Shown: positions 39,965 through 54,160, numbered from the stretch's first letter. The stretch is 64,000 nt of DNA from Octopus vulgaris (GCA_951406725.2 OX597833.1:39618001-39682000), one strand, 5' to 3'. Notes: generated by a model from the letters alone, not told the origin. Made by a program: numbers and translations.

Positions 39965-40761
39965 ATGTAAAGCTATATATATATATATAAAAGTAATGCT
40001 TTGTAACTTTGTAATAATCCTTATTATTATTGTTGTTGTTGATATATATATATATATAAATAAATTAATTAAAATCTTAGGGTAGCAAGAATATTCATCG
40101 AAAAATTCTTAGTTACCAGTGGTCTAGCGAGAAAGAAAAAAATCAGTCAATAGACTATATACGCTAGAAATAGATGTCAAATCACCTTATATATTTTTTA
40201 ATAATATATTTTTTACATTTTGGTGTTTACTGGGTTTTTTCTTGAGAACACACTCTTTGTGGTAAGGCGATTTGACGTCTATCTCTAGCATATAGGAATC
40301 CACTTTAGTGGTCATTCCGCTTATTAATTGTAATATATATATATATATATAAATGTATTTATATAATGGACTTTTTGCAATTTCAGTCTGTCAAATCCAA
40401 CCTGAGGCTATGAAAGAAGACTCTTGCCCAAAGTGCCACACAGTGGAACTGAATCTGAAACTCTGAGATTGGGAAGCAAACTTCTTAATCAGACAACCAT
40501 AATACGTTTATGTATAATTACAAATGGATATATTTATGTGTGTACATACATATCCATGTGTCTGTGATTTAGTGTATAAGTGTGTCTGTGTATCAATATG
40601 TGTGCACATAAGTTTGTATTGATACTTGTACAATTAAATGCGTCATTATATATAAATAGATATGCATGTGCTTCCTTCTATATTTCTGTGTTTATATAAA
40701 TATGAAATCTATTGATACATGCATGTGTATGAGTGACTGCTTATGTAGGTTTGTCTGCATC

Positions 40762-40800
<39 letters not shown>

Positions 40801-40809
40801 GCATGCATG

Positions 40810-40840
<31 letters not shown>

Positions 40841-40918
40841 TCATATACATAGGTATATATGTATATGTGTGTGTTTGTCTCTCTCTCTCTCTCTTTCTCT
40901 TTCTCTCTCTCTTTCTCA

Positions 40919-40989
<71 letters not shown>

Positions 40990-41226
40990 TATATACACGT
41001 TTATTTATTTATTTATATACAAATATATATACATACATGTATTTCATCTAATATACATCCTTTACATTCCTTTGTTGAAATTCCCTTGTAAGAATTGATT
41101 ATTGTTTGCAAATAGGAACGAACCACCATAATTACTTCAAGAACTGAACATTTGCAAGACAGAAAGGAAGAACTAGAAAAGTTTTTTTAGTATGTGGTTG
41201 TTTTTGTTTATGTTTAGAAAGAATGG

Positions 41227-41278
<52 letters not shown>

Positions 41279-41773
41279 ACATACATTATTGTATTTGTAT
41301 GTGTGTAAGGGAGAATGTGTTTATCTAAGCATGTATATGGATTATTTTTTTTATTGATTTATAAAAATTATTTAAATATTTTTTTATAAGTCCTTTCCTT
41401 TATGTTTTTTTTTTTTGCAGAGAAGATATTCATACACACACACACACACACACACACATCCAAGCAAACAAGTACACACATATATATACAGAATTACTCA
41501 GACACCTGTACAAAACACATAAATACATATGTGTGTGTGTATACACACACACACTCAGATATACATATATATATATACATGCATCGAGAGAAACAGACAG
41601 TGATATACTTGCTCATACACACATGTGAATATGTAAAAATATATATAATAGGTATGTGTGCATGTGTATCTATTCAATATGTGTGTGTGTGTGTGTGTTT
41701 ACATACATACATGCATACATACATACATACATACATACATACATACATACATACATACATACATACATACATA

Positions 41774-42101
41774 GGGTAAAGACCCCCTTCGGTCATGAAT
41801 GACCATGGATTGCACCTAGAAAGTTACCCTCCTAGACACAAGTCCGGGCAAGGTTGTTTTATGGAAGACCAGCAGTCGCCCATGCATACCAGCCTCCCCT
41901 CTCCACGCCACCAGTGTTATCCAAGGGAAAGACAAAGGTCGATACAGCTTGGCACCAGTGACGTTGCAACTCATTTCTACAGCTGAGTGAACTGGAGCAA
42001 CGTGAAATAAAGTGCCTTGCTCAAGAACACAACACGCAGCCCGGTCTGGGATTCGAGCTCACAACCTCACGATCGTAAGCTCGACGCTCTAACCACTGAG
42101 C

Positions 42102-42104
<3 letters not shown>
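41774..42104 (-). mobile_element. Family D SINE, full length
   Basis: Reverse-complement head atggctcagtggttagagcgtcg...tcgaatccc; central tgtgttcttgagcaaggcactttatttc; a tail-only copy lies at 38978-39107. Confidence 0.85.
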
Positions 42105-42158
<54 letters not shown>

Positions 42159-42240
42159 GAAATTTACAGAAAAAAAGCAAAGACTGGTGTATAATCAACA
42201 AGCAGGTGTATTAGTGTGATGCTCAGAAAGGTGAGAAAGT

Positions 42241-42276
42241 CTTTTATGTTTCGAGCCTATGCTCTTCAGCAGAAAG
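42241..42276 (-). ncRNA. Variant minimal hammerhead motif
   Basis: Reverse complement cttt CTGCTGA a gagc atag gctc GAAA ca TA aaag; core A6 is altered. Confidence 0.45.
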
Positions 42277-42675
42277 GAACAAGAGGAAATAATAAACACA
42301 GAGAGAGAATTAAAAAAAGCTTGTGGATTTAGTGATCACACACACACATATAATTATACATATATGAAACTAGCTGAGTCCTCTTCACATTACTGAAAGT
42401 TTTATCGGTGTAGATAGAATGCACAATCAAAAGATATGCATGCACTACTTCAATGAACGATGAAAACTTTTGAAAACTTTGCGTAGGTCTCTGAGTAGAT
42501 ATCACCAAGCTTTTGACAAAATTTAATGTAGATTCTCTGCTCAACTGTCACAGTCACGGTTAGTGTGACAATCACACACTACATACGTTCCTTCCAAGCA
42601 CTGCTGTAAACAGCAGAAATGAGCTAGAACGTTAAAACTTAGTGCACACGCACAGTAAAGTACAAGGTCAATCTG

Positions 42676-42998
42676 AAGGCATGTGGCTTAGTGGTTAGGG
42701 CATTCAGCTCACGATTGTAAGGCCGTGAGTTCAACTCCTGGCGACTCGTTGTGTTCTTGAGCAAGACACTTTATTTCACATTGCTCCAGTCCACTCAGCT
42801 GGCAAAAATGAGTTGTACCTGTATTTCAAAGGGCCAGCCCTGTCACACACTGTGTCACGCTGAATCTCTCTGAGAACTATGTTATAGGTATACATGTTTG
42901 TGGATTGCTCAGTTACTTGCACGTTAATTTCACGAGCAAGCTGTTCTGTTGATTGGATCAGCTGGGATCCTCGTTGTTGTAACTAACAGAGTGCTCCT
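42676..42998 (+). mobile_element. Family C SINE
   Basis: gtggcttagtggttagggc...gagttcaactcc, plus the central domain and the family C tail. Confidence 0.85.
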
Positions 42999-43699
42999 TT
43001 CATATATATATATATATACTCATGCATGCATAAGCACTTGTGCATGTGCATGCACACTAGTATGCATATGTACATGCATGTGAATATGCATATGTACATA
43101 TGAATGAATATAGATGTGTGTGTGTGTGTGCATGTATGTTTGTGCATGTGTATGTATGCATGTGTATGTGTCCTCCACATGGTCAATTTCCTGTTCGCTA
43201 TGTAGTATTTTCTAACTAACTGTTACCTATATACCAACATCAAACCACAACACTGCATGACCTTCCTCGACCAATCACAGCCCACCTTACAGTAATAACA
43301 ATCAGCCTTTGTCATTCAAATTCAAAATAGCTGATGACTTGCATCACACTTGAAACTCAAGGTTACTAACGAAGTTGAATCAATCTTTCAGGCTCAAATA
43401 TACAGCCTGGTTGGTCACTTTTGAAAAAAAAAGCAGAAAAACAGATAAGATGAGAGGAAGGTAAAAGAAAGAAATGGAATGAAAAAAAGGAGGGGGTTAA
43501 GGGTTCCATCCTTTTGGCCTGTTCGAATCAGAATTAATATGGTTGGTATAAATCAGTTTGACAGGTAGAAGACCAAAGTTTGTGAGACTACCTGTGTATG
43601 TGTGTTTAAATGTTTATATGTATATATGTGTATGTGTAATATAGACTATGTATTTAATTGAAGCTACATTACATTATGGTTATAGATTATTTTTGTAAG

Positions 43700-44300
43700 T
43701 CTTAATGCCATATTGTCAAAGTTTGCAATTCTACCATATTTCTTTGGTTGAGATGCTGGAAATCTTTCTACTATTGAATGATTATTAAGAATTGTAGGGC
43801 TGCAGTAAAAGATCATGACATAAAGGAGCTTTTCTTTTTCTTTTTCATTTTGTGTACAGTTTGGTTTTTACTGTGTTGAAATCCAAGTTAGTATCTAGGA
43901 AGTTAATTGATGCTATGTTTGTAGTTGCAGTGACATTAGATTACAGTTTTTTTTGCAGTACTATTTATATCTTCTTTCCTTGTTTTATCTAAATTATGTC
44001 CCATTTTGTTAGACGTATCTAAACCATCATCTCCATAAAAGCCAATGTCTAAAGTGTTAAATCTAGATTTAAGATTATTTAGAATGAATAGTGGAATACA
44101 AACTCTAGTTTCATCAAAATAGTTCATCATGATATATCAAAGGAATCATTAGTGTCTTTCACTAATCAAAAGCCTTTGTTGAAAATCAGTGAATTTCTGT
44201 CCAGCAAGGTTATGTCAGCATTAACAATATCACAATGTTTCAATCTAAATGACTAGTCCCCGCTGAGAAGAGATTGGATCTTGATAGAATTCGACAGATA
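43700..44300 (-). mobile_element. Decayed Penelope-like RT fragment
   Basis: ORF 43936-44130 contains DIGFYGDDGL (YRDD-type catalytic motif); INFLDTNLD lies downstream. Confidence 0.65.
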
Positions 44301-44347
44301 TACATGCTTACACATATACACACTCATATAGTACATCTCTCTCTATA

Positions 44348-44381
<34 letters not shown>

Positions 44382-44747
44382 GGATAGGAGCACAGTAAAG
44401 TGCAACACACAACCAAAATCAGGTTTAGTAGTGGATACCACACTCCACTTCAGTATCCAGTGCACAATGCAGGGTGCCAAACATGGGATTGGCTAGGGTG
44501 CAGAATATGAGCCAAGTAATAAGTAGAAAACAGGTGTGGTATTCAAAGCCTTATAGGACATATACATATTTCATCAAAATGCCAAAATGATTACACAACC
44601 ATGGTAGAAATATTATGCAATGATACATCTCATCAGTATATATGATTGCATAATAATACTATTATGGTAATGTAATTATTTTAGCATTTTGATGAAATAT
44701 GTGTGTTTTATAAAGCTTTTCTGCTTACTTGATTTTTTCTATATATT

Positions 44748-44779
<32 letters not shown>

Positions 44780-45088
44780 TGTATGTATGTATGTATGTAT
44801 GTATGTATGTATGTATGCATGTATGTATGTATGTATGTATGTATGTATGTATGTATGTATGTATGAATGTATATATGTATATATGTTTATTTTTTCTGTT
44901 ATATATCTTTATAGTCACCAGACCTCAAAACAGTTGTTTTACAAATCATTAAAAGAGGCTATTGAACCAAGAAGATTTACTCACGTGCAACAATTCTAGT
45001 AATTTGGAATAAAACCTGTTCATCCCATATTCTCATATTAAAATTCCTTTGTACAAACTCTACAGATATTCACAGATTTCCTCATATA

Positions 45089-45351
45089 CAGTTGTGGCCA
45101 AAAGTTTGGAACATTGGTCTGAAAATTAGAATTTTTATATTAAATGCATAATGTACTAGCTTCTAGTTATCAAAAGTAAGCAATTTGGTCTAGAACTATA
45201 TTTTTGATTTTAGCTCTTTTTTCTTCTAAATATTGAACCATTGGATCAGTTATTTGGTAAGTATAGCTCTATGTTGTATATATTTGAGTAGATTTGTACT
45301 TGGGCATAATTTTGATTTTTAAAAAGTGTCCCAAACTTTTGGTCACAACCG
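45089..45351. mobile_element. Tc1/mariner-type MITE (263 bp)
   Basis: TIRs cagttgtggccaaaagtttggaaca / tgtcccaaacttttggtcacaaccg, flanked by TA on both sides. Confidence 0.85.
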
Positions 45352-45479
45352 TATAAGAAGAAATCCTACAGGATAATAGCACTTAATAGGTGATATGTAT
45401 AGAAGAGCCTTGGAAAAAATACTACACACACACACACACACGTGTGTGTGCTTGTGTATTTCTGTTTGTGTGTGTGTGT

Positions 45480-45778
45480 GGAGCCACTTGGCCTAATGGT
45501 TAGGGGTGTTGCACTCAAGTTCATGAGGTCATGCTTTCGATTCCCAGACTGGCTGCGCAGCATTGTGTCTTTGAGCAAAGCACTTCAATTCACTCCAGTT
45601 CACTCAGCTATAAATGGGTTATATTGCGATGGGTTAGCATTGTGATCAAGGGGGATGTTGGCCTGCTCACTTAGCCAGTAGTGTGGTAGCATTCAAAAGC
45701 TAAAACAATGCAAAGTATATTGTGATCAGCGATGTATAACAACATCTGATAATCTGGTCAATCATGTAATCACATGAT
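45480..45778 (+). mobile_element. tRNA-derived SINE with a third tail type
   Basis: Family C/D-like head; its tail ggcctgctcacttagccag...aacaacatctgat also occurs alone at 51112-51235. Confidence 0.75.
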
Positions 45779-45780
45779 AC

Positions 45781-45833
<53 letters not shown>

Positions 45834-46065
45834 CAGACAGATATATATATATATATATATATACATATTAATGTTTATATATGTATATGTGTAACGAGAA
45901 AGGAGTGCTCAATACAAGTTGCTGGTGTTATGACTTTTTGGCCTATTATAGTTTGTCTATAAATGTATGCCTGTTGAATTCTAACTTTTATGAAACTTGA
46001 TCTGTGAGACAAGACTCTCAGTTTCAGTTTTAATAATGTGTGTGTGTGTACACACACACATATAT

Positions 46066-46273
46066 ATTCTTTTACTTGTTTCAGTCATTTGACTGTGGCC
46101 ATGCTGGAGCACCGCCTTTAGTCGAGCAAATCGACTCCAGAACTTATTCTTTATAAGCCTAGTACTTATTCTATCGGTCTCTTTTGCTGAACTGCTAAGT
46201 TACGGGGATGTAAACACACGAGCATTGGTTGTCAAGCGATGTTGGGGGGACAGATACAAACACAGACACACAA

Positions 46274-46337
<64 letters not shown>

Positions 46338-46565
46338 GACGGGCTACTTTCAGTTTCCGTCTACCAAATCCACTCACACACACACATACAGATATATATA
46401 TACATACATACATACACGACAGGCTTCTTTCAGTTTCGTCTACCAAATCCACTCACAAGGCTTTGGTTGGCCCAAGGCTATAGTAGAAGACACTTGCCCA
46501 AGTTGCCACAAAGTGGGACTGAACCTGGAACCATGTGGTTGGTAAGTAAGCTACTTACCACAGTG
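46066..46565 (-). mobile_element. Family A SINE with internal duplication
   Basis: tttcagtttccgtctaccaaatccactcaca segment appears twice. Confidence 0.85.
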
Positions 46566-47079
46566 CCAGATAGACAGATGTTTGTGTATAGTGTATAACA
46601 ATATATATTAGTGAAATATGGGTATGGAATATGGAGGATATATATGATGGAGGAAAAGACATGAGGTGAGCAGACTCAGGTGGAAGTGATCTGCAAGAGA
46701 GAAGACTAAAGAAAACATGGGACGAAGTGGTGATTATGATGGTGGTGGTAGTGGTGGTGGTGGTGGTGGTGGTGGTGGTGGTGGTGATGATGATGATGAT
46801 GATGATGATGAGGAGGAGGAGGAGGAGGAGGATGGTGGTAGTAATGATGATAATGATAACAATGATGATGATAGTGATGTTGTTCTTAAACCCTAGGTCA
46901 GCATTGATTGAGTAGACTAACCTTAATGAGACATCTTTTCTTTCTGAAACTTTTCATTACATTATTCAACCTGTCCCTTCATTATTGGGTGTGGTAAGAT
47001 GAGATTTTGTTTTAGGGAAATTTGGTTGCTATCTCTTGCTGGTCTACTGACTGCATAAATGTTCTCTAATTAAATTGTG

Positions 47080-47631
47080 ATAATGATGATGACAATGACG
47101 ATGACGACGACAATGATGATGATGATGACAACAATGACAAACCTGACTGTTGCTTCAGTTCATCGGGAGGAGGAGAAAGAGCAGAAGGAGAAAGCACAGT
47201 AGGTGAATTAGGGGAAGGAAGAGAAGGAGGAGAAGCAGAAGAAAAAGAAGAAGAAAGAGGAGAAGAAGAAGACGAAAAAGAAGAAGAAGAAGAAGAAGAA
47301 GAAGAAGAAGAAGAAGAAGAAGAAGAAAGGGGAGCTAAAGAAGCAGCAGGACAATGACAACAGGATGAGATGAGGTTGGCCTCTCCATGGCAGTAGTGGT
47401 GGTGGTGATGGTAGACATGGTGTCAGCAGTGATGGTGGTGACAATGATGATGATGTTATGATGATGACGACGACGATGATGACAGCGATGATGATGATGA
47501 TGACAATGATGGTGATGATGATGATGATGACAACAACAACAACAATGATGATGATGATGATGACGACGACGACGAAAGTGATGATGATGACGACAATGAC
47601 TACAACAACAACAACAACAACGACAATAATA

Positions 47632-47666
<35 letters not shown>

Positions 47667-47700
47667 AACGACGATGACGACGATGATGGTGATGATGATA
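47080..47700. repeat. Compound (GAT/GAC/GAA/AAC)n arrays
   Basis: Direct reading. Confidence 0.95.
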
Positions 47701-48147
47701 AGTTGAATGAAGTCAGGGCAGAATAAATCAACCATCAAGCAACAAAAGCATCAATATTGAACAGACGCAGGTGTGTCCAGGTGAGTGAGCTAAACATTGT
47801 TCATTGAGCAAAATGAGTCAACCAAATGCATCAAAGAATTAAAGTATCAGCTATTGTACAGGTAAAAACACATGCACAGTAAGTAAATGGGTGGGGGTGA
47901 GGTGGGGAGGAAGCATGTAGCAACAAGAGAAGTCAGTTGTGGTGATCAGGGTCAGAGTAAATGGTCGGTAGTGGGGCGGAAGAAAAGGGCTTTGTGGAAA
48001 AGAGAAAAGGAGAAATAATATTGAGACAAGTAAAAGAAAATATGGAAGGAACAGGAATGAGAAAGAGGAAGAGAGAGAAGAAAAGGATTAGAACAAAATG
48101 TAGTGGAAAAGGAAGTAGGAGGATGGATAATAATAGGCTGGGTATCT

Positions 48148-49440
48148 ATCATCATCGTCATCATCATCATCATCTTTATCATCATCATTATCCTCCTCCT
48201 CCTCCTCCTCATCATCATCTTTATCATCATCATTATCCTCCTCCTCATCATCATCATCATCTTTATCATCATCATATAAGGTCCGTCTTCCATGCTGGCA
48301 TGGGTTGGACAGCTTGACAGGGTCGGAAAGGCCAGTGGGGTCACATTAGGTTCCATAGTCAGTTTTGGTTTGCTTTCTACAGCTGGATGCCATTTCTAAT
48401 GCCAACTACTTTACAGAGTGTATTGGGTGCTTTTTGCATGCCCCAGTCATTAGTGCTTTTTATGTGGGACCATCACCAGTATATTTTGCATGGTATTAAC
48501 ACCAGCACATTTTATGTAGCACCATCACTAGTACATTTTATGTGGAACCATCACCAGTACATTTTATGTGACACCTGCACCAGTGCTTTTTATATGGCAT
48601 CAGCACCAGTGCATTTTATGTGGCACCATCACCAGTACATTTTATGTGACACCCACACCAGTGCTTTTTATATGGCACCATCACCAGTACTTTTTATGCA
48701 GAACCATCCCCAGTACTTTTTATGTGGCGCCATCACCATTACTTTTTAAGTGGAAGCCATACCAGTACTTTTTATGTGGCTGCAGCACCAGTACTTTTTG
48801 AGGCAGCAACACTAGTACATTTTGAGTGGCACCATCACCAGTACTTTTAATATGGCACCAACACCAGTGCTTTTTATGTAGCACCATCACCAGTACTTTT
48901 TATGTGACACCAGCATCAGTGATTTTTATGTAACAGCAGCTCAAGAAATTTTGTGGCACCATCACCAGTACTTTTTATGTGACACCAGCATCAGTGATTT
49001 TTATGTAACAGCAGCACAAGAAATTTTGTGGCACCATCACCAGTACTTTTTATGTGACACCGTCACTAATGTCCTTTATATGACACCATCACCAGTGCTT
49101 TTTATGTGGGACCATCATCAGTCATTTTTTTATGACATCATCACCAGTGCTTTTTATGTAGCACCATCACTAGTGCTTTTTTATGTGACACCATCACCAG
49201 GAGCTTTTTATGTAGCACCATCACTAGTGCTTTTTGTGACATCATCACCAGTGCTTTTTGTGTGACACCATCACCAGTGTATTTTGTGTGACACCATCAC
49301 CAGTGTATTTTATGTGGCACCATCACCAGTGCATTTTATGTGGCACCATCACTAATGCTTTTTATGTGGCACCATCACTAGTGCTTTTTATGTGGCACAA
49401 TCACCAGTACTTTTTTGTGGCACCATCACTAGTGCTTTCA
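48148..49440 (-). mobile_element. RTE-type 3' end whose 26-bp UTR unit expanded into a ~1-kb minisatellite
   Basis: Tail at 48148-48430, then caccatcaccagtgctttttatgtgg units from ~48445 to 49440. Confidence 0.85.
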
Positions 49441-49885
49441 TATCCAATACATTTCACTACATACACATGCACATACACATACATAGGGATACATATTATT
49501 ATTGTTTTAACATCCACTTTTCCATGTTTGCATGGGGCAGATCAAGGTTATCTGAAGCAGACTATTTATGGCTGGGTGCACTTCATATCACCAACCGTCA
49601 CCTATTTTCAAGCAAAACATTTCTTCATGGCCAGACAAGTTTTCGCAGAATATTGGATATGAATGACACAGCTTGTTTGACAGTGACACTCATTTATGAA
49701 TATTATCTAATGTCACGACAAGGAGACAAAAACATAGACACATGCATGCAAGCACACACACACACATGAATACATATACATGTTTATAAATGTGTATATG
49801 TGTATGTATATATATATGTGTGTGTATTCAAATTATGATGAAAGTAAACAAAGTTTGCTTTAGAAGCTTTGCGATGTATAGAAAG

Positions 49886-50076
49886 ATAAGGAAATAATTT
49901 TATTTTCAAACGCAGGGTAATGTTAATATTATAGCACGAACAGGATAAACTACCCATATTTTGCTGAAAAATGTGTCAGCGGCTGACACATTTTTCAGCA
50001 AAATATGGGTAGTTTATTCTGTTCGTGCAATATTATCAACATTACCCTGCATTTGAGAATGAAATTATTTCCTTAT
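49886..50076. repeat. Near-perfect palindrome (95-bp arms, 1-nt centre)
   Basis: ...aaactacccatattttgctgaaaaatgtgtcagc g gctgacacatttttcagcaaaatatgggtagttt...; centre at 49981. Confidence 0.95.
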
Positions 50077-50265
50077 ATATATATATATATATATAAATTG
50101 ACTGCTGCTACTTATTAGCTGCAGGTTGGTTTTTTCCGGTCTCAGTGCGCCGAAGTGAAGGCATTTGAAAAATACATTCAAATATAATCGGTTGGACTCC
50201 ATGCATGCGATACTCCAGTCAATCATTTTTGCATCTAGTCCAGCAAATTGTATTAATAACGGATC

Positions 50266-50326
50266 ATGCTGACGAGGTAACAGTTTATCCTTGTGGATAA
50301 TAATAACCGAAACTGATTCAGTACAT
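50266..50326 (+). ncRNA. Type I hammerhead ribozyme
   Basis: atg CTGACGA ggt...acc GAAA ctg att cag TA cat; extra hairpin ttatcc/ggataa within loop II. Confidence 0.65.
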
Positions 50327-50759
50327 CTTATTTCGTATTTTTTCATTTGTCTTGTTTAATGCTTTGGTTTTGTGCTGAGTTTTATGTGAGAACACACTCT
50401 TTGTGGAGAATGGCAATTTGACGTCTATATCTAGCATGTTGACTGTCCACTTTTTGTGTGCAGTCCTCAATTGGTATATATAAATATTTTAATCTTCGGA
50501 TTCTTTTTAATATGCTAGACCACTGGTTTTAATTGACTAATATCAATTTCTACCCTTAATTAATTTTATATATATTTTTGTATATAAATAAAAGAGGCAG
50601 GCAACAGGTTGCTTAGCCACATACCGAAAAATTAGAAATAGCAGTCAAAGACTGTTTATTTCTATTTTCTACAAATAAGACTCCACATACGACATATCCC
50701 TGTAATTCACATATGCAAACCAGAAGGAAGAAATAACGAAAGCAAAGTCTAACGGTTAT

Positions 50760-50814
50760 TTACGAACGCGTTTCTAGATTAGGAATATGAACTCCATGTC
50801 TTTCATCAGCGTAA
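50760..50814 (-). ncRNA. Minimal type I hammerhead motif
   Basis: Reverse complement ttacg CTGATGA aaga...tcta GAAA cgcg TT cgtaa; palindromic stem III ACGCGT. Confidence 0.65.
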
Positions 50815-50817
50815 TCC

Positions 50818-50984
50818 TGCAGGAGTGGCTGTGTGGTAAGTAGCTTGTTTACCAACCACATGGTTCCGGGTTCAGTCCCACTGCGTGGCACCTTGGGCAA
50901 GTGTCTTCTGCTATAGCCTCGGGCCAACCAAAGCCTTGGAAGTGGATTTGGTAGATGGAAACTTACCACACAGCCACTCCTGCA
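50818..50984 (+). mobile_element. Family A SINE head closed by an inverted copy of its first 24 bp
   Basis: 50818-50841 is the exact reverse complement of 50961-50984. Confidence 0.85.
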
Positions 50985-51081
50985 CATATGTGATGGGTAT
51001 GTATATATGTGTATGTATGTATGTATATATGTGTATGTATGTATGTATGTATGTACATATATATGTGTATGTATATACATA

Positions 51082-51112
<31 letters not shown>

Positions 51113-51232
51113 TGGCCTGCTCGCTTAGCCAGCGGGGTGGCATCATTTGAAGGCTAAAACAATGTGAAGCCCATTGTGACCAGCGATGTATAACAACATC
51201 TGATGGCCTGGTCAGTCGCGGTGATCACGGTG

Positions 51233-51263
<31 letters not shown>

Positions 51264-51519
51264 TGTATATATACACACACATATATACACATATACATAC
51301 ATACATATATATACATACCCATCACATGTATCTTCAATCTTATGTGTAAAATGGCCTGTCCAAAATCCTCACAAGTACTTGTTCTTTCCCAAGATTCTTT
51401 ATGCTACTGTGTTCATTCTAGATTGACCTAAAGACCTAAAGAAAAACTTGCAATTTGTTGACTGTTCTTGAAAGACCTTCCAATATCTATAACTGAGGAA
51501 AACAAAGTTGTGTACTTTC

Positions 51520-51960
51520 TTTCAACTCTATTTAGCATTTTCTTCGCTGTCTTACTAAAACACACCTTTGTGATATCAACTGGTGGTATCTACCCTTTTA
51601 TCGGATCATATAGGAATCTGTCCTGGATGAGAGTCAAGACAAAAGTACTCAAAGCAATCATATGCTGTTTGCAGATGACATGGTGCTGGCAACAATCCCT
51701 TACAGTTATTATATTGACTTGGGGACAACTTTTCAAGTACCTGTCAGGACTTCAACCTGATGAATAGCCTAAAGAAAACCAATGCATTGCATCAAGGTAT
51801 GGTCACCTCATCTGCCATTCCATGAAAATTATTGTGAGCTGTAAGTAATTCATGAGTTCATATACCTTAACTCCACCTTCACAGAGAGTCTCTCCTGATG
51901 TCAGCAGGTGAATCAGAAGACACTTATAAGACTCATAGAGTTGAGAAGAATGGCAAGCTA
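51520..51960 (+). mobile_element. Decayed RTE/BovB-like RT fragment
   Basis: TLFSIFFAVLLKHTF...MLFADDMVLA (FADD motif), frameshifted. Confidence 0.75.
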
Positions 51961-52849
51961 ACACTGCTAAGGTTGCAGTCCACAGAACTTAATTTTTCAG
52001 TATTCTGTTTTATTTCAGTGAGATCAGAAGCTTCTATTCTAGTCAAAAGTTACATACCAATGCCTTGTACCTTCACTGCTTGAGAAGCTTCATCATATGC
52101 ACTGACTGTGTCACCAACAATGTATTTCCTGCCTGTGTCTATATACCCAACATCTTTATCCTGTTTCTTCAAAGACATCTCTGTTAACTATACCACATAT
52201 ACTGTGGTATAGTTAACAGAGAGGATCAGGAAATAACAGTTGTATGAGTAACTGGTATTCAGCAAGTGAGAATAAGAGCAATCCCATTATGATTTCAAAT
52301 TGTTTACAAGAGGGAAATGAAATGAAATCATTGGACATAGGGAATTTAAAGTGAGAACACATTAACGAAATAATTACTCTCACTGGAGATTGAAACAAAT
52401 CGAGCCATTAGGAAGAGGTGAGAAGAAACTGATAATTGTTGATAATTGTCATTGAAGAGGAAACTGTCCAATTAACAAACAATACCAGAACAGTGTTGTC
52501 AGGTAGTATCTTTAAATCCAGTCACTGCATATCTGGACATCTACAGCTACTGCAAATTTTGCCTTGTTAGCAAGAATTTTCAAATACAGACCCATGGTTT
52601 TGCAAGACTGATGGATGCGACAGAATAACATATCAACATACCCAGAAATCAAGCAAAATATCTGTGAAGGTAGGGAAATCTAAAAACGCACATCAAATTA
52701 ACTTTAGTATTCACAACACTCTTCTGACAAATAGTAACAACAAAAACCACAAAGATATCAACACTCAAGCTTAACAGATTAGAGATTCTTAAACTAAAAG
52801 AAACTTACATTACATTAAGGAATCACAAATCAAAGAATATATATAATCT

Positions 52850-53700
52850 CATATTAAATTCATCACACCAATGGAAACTGAACCAGGAAGAATCAGCAAA
52901 AATATATTTAAATAGAATCAATAACAGTATCTAAAAAAACCCTAAACTCTAGATTAATACTTGAGAATAAAGTATATCTCTTATAAATTAGTTGACACAT
53001 GTCTGGGAAATACAAGACTATACATTTATTCAGGTTGATATAGTTAACTACAATGCATCATTACTATGTATCTATTATTAAAGGCTCTTGGTTTCATAAA
53101 ATTCAATTCAATGCCAAACTCTAATGCAAGCATCAGAGATTTTGAGATTAATATGTTTTAGATTTAATTCACAAGATCAAAATTAAAGACATAGACATTT
53201 GAATTAATATATAAAAGGGAGCACCACACCTTAATGGTGGACTTTATAGAGATGATAGTCTATTGATCTTATGAAATATTAACAGGCAGCTGCCAGATGA
53301 GTTTAGGAAGAATATATATATATATATATATACCAATACCATTTAATGACTTGAGACTAAAATTTCCAATAAGCATAAAATGTTAAGTTCCTTAGATGTA
53401 ACATTCAGCCTCAGTAATGGAAAGTTTCAACTATACAATAAAACTAATGATTAGATTATGTTATATCTAATAATTCAAATTACCCACTGTGTGTCACCCA
53501 GCAGCCCAAACAAGTGAAACTGTAAAAATCTTGTATGAAGAATAATGACAACATAACACATTTTCCCCTTGAATATAAGTGAAAAATTATTTAATAGCAA
53601 TTTACTTAAAATAAGCTATTTTACTTTAACAAACTTAACTAAAACTGTAACAGCCATGAATAATAAAAAAAAAAAATTAATGGCATTAATTTTACAAATA
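52850..53700 (+). mobile_element. Decayed Penelope-like RT fragment
   Basis: NGGLYRDDSLLIL near 53233; VKFLDVTFSL downstream. Confidence 0.65.
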
Positions 53701-54083
53701 TAAGCATAAACTAATTTAAGGATGATTTCATCAACACAACTTTACATTTAGAATGCTCCAAAGAAGAACGACTGCAAAACTTACAGCAAATAAATGGTTT
53801 TTGCAAAATAATATATTCCCAGCTATTAAGTGAAGACTTTTAGATTAAGTGCTCGTACACAATAAAAAATGTTTTTTGTAGTTATTGCATCACAGAAAAG
53901 CTATTGATCTTCAAATATCCTAGCATAATATTAAATTGGCATATTGGATAATTTAAATTGGCAATAGAGGATCACATGCAGACATGCCTGCATAAAAACC
54001 TTAATGACATTTCGGTAGAAGCAATATGAGATTCTTCACACACATGCATGCATCTTCATATATATATATATATATATATATAA

Positions 54084-54122
<39 letters not shown>

Positions 54123-54127
54123 AATAC

Positions 54128-54160
<33 letters not shown>

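Noticed and set aside
42030-42104. tRNA gene
   Set aside because: It is the tRNA-like head of a multi-copy SINE that continues into the SINE body without a proper acceptor stem.
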